DNA of 64,000 nt from Dehalococcoidia bacterium. Its GTDB lineage: Bacteria > Chloroflexota > Dehalococcoidia > Plut-88900. Below the pieces are notes generated by a model, which worked only from the letters and a program-made list of their open reading frames with translations, was not told the DNA's origin and searched no databases. The translations under genes were made by a program, and so were the position numbers. Of this stretch, positions 57,639 to 64,000 are shown piece after piece (within the stretch, counting starts at the first letter, position 1; each line of letters starts with the position of its first letter). Location of the stretch: assembly GCA_965197585.1 (NCBI GenBank), contig OZ240215.1, forward strand, positions 576,001 through 640,000, written 5' to 3'.

Positions 57639-58418
57639 TTAGCGTACAACCCCTTCCAGGGGACTGCTGGCCGAGGCATATTCTCTCTTGGGCATGCGTC
57701 CGGCAAGGAAAGCGCCTCGGCCCGCCTGGACGGCCTGGGCCATGGCCTCGGCCATCAAGGCCGGGTTTCCGGCCTGGGCCACGGCGGTGTTTACAAGGCA
57801 CGCATCAGCTCCCATTTCCATTGCAATAGCTGCATCGGAGGGAGCGCCAATACCCGCATCCACCACCACGGGCACCGTGGCCTGCTCGATGATAATCTTT
57901 ATCTGGTCGAAGGTGACCATCCCTTGCCCCGAGCCTATGGGCGAGGCCAATGGCATCACCGTGGCCGTGCCCACTTCCTGAAGACGCTTGGCGAGTACCG
58001 GATCGGCGTTGATATATGGCAGGACCACAAAACCTTCGTCGACGAGGACTCGGGCGGCTTCAAGAGTGCCGATTGGGTCGGGTAGGAGATATTTGGAGTC
58101 GGGGATAACCTCCAGCTTTACCAGGTCGGAAAGGCCCATGGCCCTGGCCAGGCGAGCAGTCCTGATAGCCTCCTCGGCGGTCCGGGCCCCGGCTGTGTTG
58201 GGCAGGATTACGTACTTGTTCCAGTCAATGTAGTCGAGGAGCGTCTTCTGTGATGGGTCGTCCAGGTCTAGCCTGCGAAGGGCAACCGTAATCATCTCCG
58301 CCCCCGAGGCTTCGAAGGAAGCGTTCATCTCCTCATAGTTGCGGTATTTCCCCGTACCCAGGATGAGCCGGGACTTGAAAGTCCGCTCCCCGATTGTCAG
58401 GGTGTCGTCCCTTTTCAA
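57639..58418 (-). CDS. thiG: Thiazole synthase
   Basis: [39 protein letters not shown]; TTG start 58418 after GGGGAGG. Confidence 0.97.
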   Translation of the reverse strand: MKRDDTLTIGERTFKSRLILGTGKYRNYEEMNASFEASGAEMITVALRRLDLDDPSQKTLLDYIDWNKYVILPNTAGARTAEEAIRTARLARAMGLSDLVKLEVIPDSKYLLPDPIGTLEAARVLVDEGFVVLPYINADPVLAKRLQEVGTATVMPLASPIGSGQGMVTFDQIKIIIEQATVPVVVDAGIGAPSDAAIAMEMGADACLVNTAVAQAGNPALMAEAMAQAVQAGRGAFLAGRMPKREYASASSPLEGVVR

Positions 58419-58457
58419 TTCTGCACCCTCCCCTAATGGGCCGTGTCTTGGCCCTAT

Positions 58458-58490
58458 AACAAAAATGCCGCCTACTGGAGGCGGCATTTG
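58458..58490 (-). terminator. Riboswitch expression-platform terminator
   Basis: AAATGCCGCCT-CCAGT-AGGCGGCATTT followed by TTGTT on the minus strand, between the aptamer and thiG. Confidence 0.85.
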
Positions 58491-58499
58491 CGTCCGATA

Positions 58500-58595
58500 C
58501 CCGTCCCTCCGCTGGCATTACCCAGTTCAGGTCATAGGGGTCGGCGGCATCTATTGGGCCGCCCTCTCAGCCTGGCTCTCCAAGCTCCCCTTGTT
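58500..58595 (-). ncRNA. TPP (THI-box) riboswitch
   Basis: Minus strand reads GGGG...GCTGAGA...GACCC...ACCTGAACTGGGTAATGCCAGCGGAGGGA, the canonical TPP aptamer, upstream of thiG. Confidence 0.96.
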
Positions 58596-58614
58596 TTGAT
58601 TTCCTTTGATGAAA

Positions 58615-58643
58615 AGTCTAGGGTCAGCCGTCTTTATTGTCAA
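58615..58643 (-). promoter_or_regulatory. Sigma70 promoter of the thi operon
   Basis: TTGACA-N17-TAGACT directly upstream of the TPP aptamer. Confidence 0.8.
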
Positions 58644-58748
58644 ATGAAGGGAGGAGGATAAACGGCATTGATGGTAGTATAACCGAGACCCGGCTTTCTC
58701 AGATGGCGGGAGTATGTAATCCGCACCCGTCTGTATTAGGAGTGTGAC

Positions 58749-59954
58749 ATGACTGCCTCTCATCCTGACTACGAATCCCTATTCGCCTCAACAACTCCCC
58801 CCAAGCCCGACGCCGTTAACCCGTTGTCGCTGCGCTTCAAGTATGACTTTGCCATAGCCTTCGCCGATGGAGATACGTTCCCAGCGGAAGATCTAGTACG
58901 CGCTTTGCAGAAGGGGTTGGATGAGGAGGCGAAAGACTTGGCCATCTACCCTCATCCCCAGGGACATCCGGGCATGCGTCGCTTGGTCGCAGAGAACCTG
59001 TCGCGGAACAGGGGGATGAAGGTCGAGGCGGAGGGTGTCACGCTGACTGCCGGTTCCATGCAGGCCCTGGTCCTGCTCAATGAACTGTTCCTCGACCCCG
59101 GCGACACGGTCCTGACTGACGAATTTATATACAACGGCACTATCCGGGTGATGCGTCGCTTCCAGGCCAACATCGTTGAAGTGAGTGGAGATGACGAGGG
59201 AATGCACCCCCATCTGCTGGAAGAGAAGATAGTGGAGCTGAAGGCTGCCGGGGAACGAGTCAAATACATTTACACCGTTCCGACCTTCCAGAATCCGACA
59301 GGCCAGGACATGGGCGCCGAGCGCCGGGCCCAAATCCTGGACGTTGGACGGAGACACGGCGTACCTATATTCGAAGACGATTGCTACGCGGACTTGCGGT
59401 TCGAGGGCGAGAACAAGCCCGCCATCCACTCGATGGACGATACGGGGTCGGTGATGTACTGCGGGTCTTCGTCCAAGATAATCGGGCCGGGGATGCGGTT
59501 GGGTTGGATAGTAGCGCCGCCGGAGATCACCGAAAGGGTGGGCACTCTCCAGCAAGGTGCAACCCCGAGCCAGTTCTCTATCCTGGCTGCACTCCACTAC
59601 CTGGAAGAGCACCGGGACGAGCATGTAAATGAAGTGTCGCAGCTGTACAAGTCCCGGAGAGACGTAATGCTGGCGGCCATCGGCGAGGGTTTCGGGCCCG
59701 CGGTGAAGTGCTCTCACCCGCCGGGCGGAATGTTCATCTGGCTTCGCTTCCCGGAACGGACCGACGTGATGCCGCTTTTGGAAAAGGCGAAAGAGCACGG
59801 AATCAGGTTTGGCCCGGGCCCCATATTTTCCCCGTCCGGGAAGGGTAGGAATTTCCTGAGACTTGCTTTCGGCCACCAGGATGAAGGGACGATTCGGGAG
59901 GGCATCTCCCGGCTCGCGACCGTATTCGAAGAGGCCGGAGCCCTTAGCGCTTAG
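58749..59954 (+). CDS. PLP-dependent class I/II aminotransferase (ARO8/LysN-like)
   Basis: YTVPTFQNPTG, EDDCY, SSSKIIGPGMRLGW, GGMFIW, LRLAF. Confidence 0.92.
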   Translation: MTASHPDYESLFASTTPPKPDAVNPLSLRFKYDFAIAFADGDTFPAEDLVRALQKGLDEEAKDLAIYPHPQGHPGMRRLVAENLSRNRGMKVEAEGVTLTAGSMQALVLLNELFLDPGDTVLTDEFIYNGTIRVMRRFQANIVEVSGDDEGMHPHLLEEKIVELKAAGERVKYIYTVPTFQNPTGQDMGAERRAQILDVGRRHGVPIFEDDCYADLRFEGENKPAIHSMDDTGSVMYCGSSSKIIGPGMRLGWIVAPPEITERVGTLQQGATPSQFSILAALHYLEEHRDEHVNEVSQLYKSRRDVMLAAIGEGFGPAVKCSHPPGGMFIWLRFPERTDVMPLLEKAKEHGIRFGPGPIFSPSGKGRNFLRLAFGHQDEGTIREGISRLATVFEEAGALSA

Positions 59955-59986
59955 CCCTTCTCTAGACCCGTTTTGTAGGAGCCGCC

Positions 59987-60961
59987 ATGAAGCTCATGAT
60001 CAACGTGCGCCTGGAAGAGAATGTCGTCGTTACGGAAGGCTTCACCCAAGAGCACCTGAATAAAATCCAGGCCGTTTCGGAAGATCTAGACATAGTAGTT
60101 CCCCAGACTGTCGAGGAAACTCAGTCCGAGATACGTGACACGGAGATAGTGTTCGGAGACTTCTCCCCGGCCATGTTCGCCGACGCGCACTATCTTCGCT
60201 GGGTCCAGTCCATAGGCTCGGGCATCGACGGTGTGCTCTTCGACGATTTCGTGGAAAGCGATATCATCCTTACCAGCGCCAAGGGGACCGTCGGCATTCA
60301 CTTGGCCGACCATGCATGGGCCTTGATCCTGGCTCTTACCCGTGGCATACACACCGCTCTCAGGGAGAAGACGTGGAGTGTCCGAATGCCCATCCGAGCC
60401 CGGTCATGGGAGCTGGCGGGCATGACCCTTGGGGTATTTGGGCTTGGAGGCACGGGTGTCGAGGTGGCGCGTCGGGCCCAGGGGTTCGGGATGCGAACTC
60501 TCGCCCTGGACTCGGAAAATGTGAATAAGCCATCCTTCGTGGAGGATGTCTGGCCCCTTGACCGGTTCTACGACCTGCTTGAGGTGTCGGACATCGTGGT
60601 AATCTGCCTACCCCTAACTCCTGAGACGAGGGGTGTATTTAATGCCAAGGCCTTTTCCCACATGCGCAATCATGCCCTGCTAATAAACGTGACCCGGGGC
60701 AACATAGTCGATGGGCCGTCGCTGCTGGAAGCGCTGGAGAAGGGTGCAATAGGGGGCGCGGGCCTCGACACGTCCCCCGGCGAACCCCTCTCCGACGACC
60801 ATCCTCTGTGGAACATGGAGAACGTGGTGGTTACTCCCCACACGGCGGGTGGGTCTCCGGTCCGTGTTGCACGCATAGTGGACGTCTTTTGCGACAACTT
60901 GTCCCGGTATCTGGAAGGTCGGCCTCTCACGGGAGTTATAGACAAGCGCAAGGGGTTCTAG
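59987..60961 (+). CDS. D-2-hydroxyacid dehydrogenase family protein
   Basis: GLGGTG, LPLTPET, INVTRG, GLD, TPHTAG. Confidence 0.92.
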   Translation: MKLMINVRLEENVVVTEGFTQEHLNKIQAVSEDLDIVVPQTVEETQSEIRDTEIVFGDFSPAMFADAHYLRWVQSIGSGIDGVLFDDFVESDIILTSAKGTVGIHLADHAWALILALTRGIHTALREKTWSVRMPIRARSWELAGMTLGVFGLGGTGVEVARRAQGFGMRTLALDSENVNKPSFVEDVWPLDRFYDLLEVSDIVVICLPLTPETRGVFNAKAFSHMRNHALLINVTRGNIVDGPSLLEALEKGAIGGAGLDTSPGEPLSDDHPLWNMENVVVTPHTAGGSPVRVARIVDVFCDNLSRYLEGRPLTGVIDKRKGF

Positions 60962-61048
60962 TCCCGTCCTCTTTTTATTTCTATTCCTTGACTGAAAAAT
61001 TACGCTGGTGCATCATTTGACTGTGCGTCCCAGGCAATCATTATTCTG

Positions 61049-61492
61049 ATGGAGGTAGGGCCGATGCAAGAAGTAGCAGACCAACACATGGACCAGGAAT
61101 TTGTAGTCGGTGAGATGGAAACCATCACCGCGGGGAGTATAGACTTCGGCCTCGACTACCGGCACTTTGCAGGGGACGAGGGAGTTGCCATACACGTCTA
61201 CGCCGACCTGGAAGGCAAGCGCACCGAGCTGCTCAGGTTCGACTGTTTCGACGATGCGCCTCACTACCACTACGGCCCCGACGGCCGGGACGAACGCCTT
61301 TTTCTCGACTGCACGGCTGACGGTGCGCCCATACCTTGGGCCCTAAATAAGCTGCGCAGCCGCATGGTGCCCATGCTCGTCCGCGCCGGATATTCCAACG
61401 TCGCCCGGGACCTGGACCACGACCTTGTCCAGTCCCGCCTGGACCTGGTGGAGTCCTGGGCTTCAAGCCTTTCCCAGACCAAAGGCAACTAA
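61049..61492 (+). CDS. Hypothetical protein
   Basis: 147 aa; GVAIHV...ELLRFDCF..APHYHYGP motif; plausible codon usage; followed by a terminator. Confidence 0.7.
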   Translation: MEVGPMQEVADQHMDQEFVVGEMETITAGSIDFGLDYRHFAGDEGVAIHVYADLEGKRTELLRFDCFDDAPHYHYGPDGRDERLFLDCTADGAPIPWALNKLRSRMVPMLVRAGYSNVARDLDHDLVQSRLDLVESWASSLSQTKGN

Positions 61493-61506
61493 TAGGGCGT
61501 GATACG

Positions 61507-61548
61507 AAAATAGCCGCGGGTCGCCTAGGCGACCCGCGGCTATTTTTT
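61507..61548. terminator. Bidirectional terminator (perfect 40-bp palindrome)
   Basis: AAAATAGCCGCGGGTCGCCT/AGGCGACCCGCGGCTATTTT between convergent genes. Confidence 0.9.
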
Positions 61549-61583
61549 CTTTCCAGGGCGAAAGGGCAACCCCGTCTAAGATT

Positions 61584-63056
61584 CTACTTCCACACCTTTG
61601 ACAGGACCCGAGTCCCGTAGGCCGCCATTTTCTCCAATGCCTCGTCGCTGGCGCGGCTGGAGTCGTTGTAGGCGATTATCTCCTTGCCCAGTAACATGGC
61701 TACGTAGGCTACCTGGTGGGAGCGGGGGACGCGGGAGAGAGCCAGGAAGTCGGGGTTGTTGATATTGATCTCGATGGCGCCGTCGTTGAGCCGGCTGCGG
61801 TGTCGAACGTCCCCGCCGAAGTCGGAGCGGCGGATTATGGCCCGAGCGGCCCTGCGGCCGTGCCTGTTGCCGCCGTTCTCCCTGTGCCCGTTGGTTTCAG
61901 GTTTCTTGGCTGAGTCCCCATTGACTGCGTGGGCCTCTCCATTCGAATTGCTGACCCTACGCAGGCCATCGATGAGATCGAGATCCAGGAACTCTTCCTG
62001 GCTAAAGATCTCCCGGGCCAAGCGCGTCGCCCGTCCGAAAAGGGCCTGGACCCGTGTGTTATCCGCTTCGTCCCGGAATCCCGTGATCTCCTTGTCCAGC
62101 TCTACCCCGATCTCCTGGAGAGAGTCCAGCAACTTGGTCAGGCTCTCATCCTCGAAGAACTGGGCCCGAGCGGGGAGGGGAGACAGGAATTCGGCGTCCA
62201 CGAAGCCCTTGATCAAACCACTTACCAGGATGCTGCCTTTCAACTCATATTCGTACAGCTCCCGTATGTCCTCGATGATGACGACACCCGTGTGGCGCAT
62301 AGCCACCCGTCCCTGCCCCGAAGGGTCGAACCAGAAGCGGGTCCTGAAGACCTTGTCGGGCTCGCCGGGAAGGTGCATCTCCTGGAACTTAGTCCCGATC
62401 TCCGGCAAGTCCAGTTGGACCGGAGTCACCTCTGAGTCTCCCTTGGCCGTCTTGATGGTGATCATTAGCTGCCCGGTCCTGAGGTACACGTCAAACCTGT
62501 CTGCCAAAACGTGCTTGAGCCGGGCCTGGGAAAGGGATCCATAGCGGCGGGTCGGGTCTTGGAAAAGGCCGGTGATTTCGATTGTCATGCCGGGCTTGGA
62601 ACGTTGTTCACCGGGGCCCGGGTCTGCGATCTGCGCCTCGGCTGAATCTCGGGACAGGATTACCTTGAGGGTTGGAGATTCCGCTGAACGCTTGCTCAGG
62701 AACGTGGCCTTGGTCCCGACCTGGTTAAAAGCCCATAGACCGATGCCAAGTCGCCCGATTTGCGGGATGGTAGAGCCCCTTTTCGCCGAGTCGACCACGT
62801 GCCTCAAGGCATTCTCAAAGCCTTCGGCGTCCATGCCGGGAGCGTTGTAGTCGATGGTGATGGACTTCTTTTCGAGGGTGAAGGCGACTCGGCACTGCTC
62901 CTCGCCACGGCCCTCGGAGAGGGCTATTGCCCATTCGTCCAAGGCGTTGCTGACATACTCCTTTATGGCATCCGCGGCGCTCCGGTACATGGAGCCAAGG
63001 GTGATAAGGGCATTGGTCTTGTTGATTTGGACATCTACTATCTTTTCCACCTGCAA
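61584..63056 (-). CDS. GHKL (HATPase_c_3; MORC/Hsp90/MutL-like) ATPase
   Basis: AIKEYVSNALD (N-box), DYNAPGM (G1 variant), IGRLGIG (G2), GMTIEI. Confidence 0.8.
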   Translation of the reverse strand: MQVEKIVDVQINKTNALITLGSMYRSAADAIKEYVSNALDEWAIALSEGRGEEQCRVAFTLEKKSITIDYNAPGMDAEGFENALRHVVDSAKRGSTIPQIGRLGIGLWAFNQVGTKATFLSKRSAESPTLKVILSRDSAEAQIADPGPGEQRSKPGMTIEITGLFQDPTRRYGSLSQARLKHVLADRFDVYLRTGQLMITIKTAKGDSEVTPVQLDLPEIGTKFQEMHLPGEPDKVFRTRFWFDPSGQGRVAMRHTGVVIIEDIRELYEYELKGSILVSGLIKGFVDAEFLSPLPARAQFFEDESLTKLLDSLQEIGVELDKEITGFRDEADNTRVQALFGRATRLAREIFSQEEFLDLDLIDGLRRVSNSNGEAHAVNGDSAKKPETNGHRENGGNRHGRRAARAIIRRSDFGGDVRHRSRLNDGAIEININNPDFLALSRVPRSHQVAYVAMLLGKEIIAYNDSSRASDEALEKMAAYGTRVLSKVWK

Positions 63057-63169
63057 CCCCCTTTACGAAACTGATAAAAGAAAGAATACCTATGGCAATT
63101 TTAGATTCGGTTCAAAAATTCGTCAATAACCTGTCCAAAAAGGTGGATGGAATCCCCGACACTGGCAAC

Positions 63170-63211
63170 AAAAAATCAGCCGGTGGTTGTCATTGACAAC
63201 CACCGGCTGAT
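63170..63211 (-). terminator. Intrinsic terminator of the upstream microprotein gene
   Basis: ATCAGCCGGTGGTTGTCA/TGACAACCACCGGCTGAT stem with a T-run on the minus strand. Confidence 0.85.
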
Positions 63212-63247
63212 AACGGGCTTATAGAACGTTTCCGTTCTATTGTTTTA

Positions 63248-63367
63248 CTACGATTTCTCCTTGGCCTTAACCGCGTTGAAGCAGTCCACGCAATACATCT
63301 GGCTGTTCAGCTGCATCAATTGCGCTTCAAACTTTCTATTGCAAGCCGCACATTGTGTAGTAGCCAT
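63248..63367 (-). CDS. 39-aa CxxC...CxxC zinc-finger microprotein (not in ORF track)
   Basis: MATTQCAACNRKFEAQLMQLNSQMYCVDCFNAVKAKEKS; strong AGGAGG RBS and its own terminator. Confidence 0.75.
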   Translation of the reverse strand: MATTQCAACNRKFEAQLMQLNSQMYCVDCFNAVKAKEKS

Positions 63368-63455
63368 TGAGCTTCCTCCTATTTCATGGATGAGACGCCT
63401 TAGGTATATTCTAACAAAATGGGGAATGTAGGCACGCTTCGGTCCCTTGCAAGAC

Positions 63456-63656
63456 TTACTTACTGGGGCCTCTGTTGATCCTGTAGGCCCATATCGAACC
63501 GGCCACCGCTAAGAGTAGTCCCAGCACCAGGTACCCGATTCCCCACCAAAGCACACCGTAGAACACCACGGCCACTCCAATAGTCCAGAGTATCCCGCAC
63601 AGGACCCAGGCGACTAGTAAGACAAAGAGAGCTACTGCTCCCCTGGAAATTTCCAT
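63456..63656 (-). CDS. Small two-TM membrane protein
   Basis: 66 aa with two hydrophobic helices and a basic tail. Confidence 0.6.
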   Translation of the reverse strand: MEISRGAVALFVLLVAWVLCGILWTIGVAVVFYGVLWWGIGYLVLGLLLAVAGSIWAYRINRGPSK

Positions 63657-63760
63657 AAGTCTGGCGATGATAGCACAGGGACAAACAAGGCCCGTGCTAT
63701 AATCGGCCCGCCTGCGCTAGCGGGCAAACCCGTCTATTTGTCCCTTGGAGGAAACCTATT

Positions 63761-64000
63761 ATGGCAGCGAGTTCGATAAGAATCGGCCTTATCGGGGCAG
63801 GGAAGAACACAAGGGAGCGACACATCCCCGGCTTCCAGGCCATCGACGGCGTAGAGGTGGTCAGTGTTTGCAACCGGTCCCGGGAATCCAGCCAGAGGGT
63901 CGCCGACCAGTTCGGCATTCCCAAAGTCATCGAGAACTGGCAAGACCTCGTTGCAGACGACGATATAGACGCCGTCTGCATCGGCACCTGGCCGTACCTG
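63761..64000 (+). CDS. Gfo/Idh/MocA family oxidoreductase, 3' truncated
   Basis: MAASSIRIGLIGAG...HIPGF...VCNRS...DIDAVCIGTWP; GGAGG RBS; TGCTATAAT at 63695. Confidence 0.9.
   Translation, partial: MAASSIRIGLIGAGKNTRERHIPGFQAIDGVEVVSVCNRSRESSQRVADQFGIPKVIENWQDLVADDDIDAVCIGTWPYL

Overview
A gene-dense, GC-rich bacterial chromosomal segment dominated by catabolic enzymes. It carries four luciferase-like (LLM) oxidoreductases, four family III CoA-transferases, several amidohydrolases, a cobalt-type nitrile hydratase operon, tandem ureohydrolases, F420 (FO synthase cofG/cofH) genes and a TPP-riboswitch-controlled thiazole operon (thiG-thiO-thiS-thiO). Housekeeping genes dnaN, mnmE and dnaJ occur without their usual neighbours. 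This gene content resembles SAR202/Dehalococcoidia-type Chloroflexota (inference only; no rRNA is present). I found no rRNA, tRNA, CRISPR array or intact transposase. The most notable observations are: (1) two AT-richer cassettes inside the thiolase-nitrile hydratase operon, a DUF5678-like/retropepsin pair and a PD-(D/E)XK nuclease-like gene; (2) a ~40-bp motif at the same ~110-nt distance upstream of the thiolase/NHase and cofGH promoters; (3) a thi operon with two ThiO paralogues, a ThiS capped beyond its Gly-Gly motif, and downstream LLM and threonine aldolase genes; (4) many adjacent gene duplications; (5) two CxxC zinc-ribbon microproteins missed by the ORF track; (6) two divergent genes that appear to need ATA/ATT starts; (7) nested REP-like repeats and an IS481-like end fragment.
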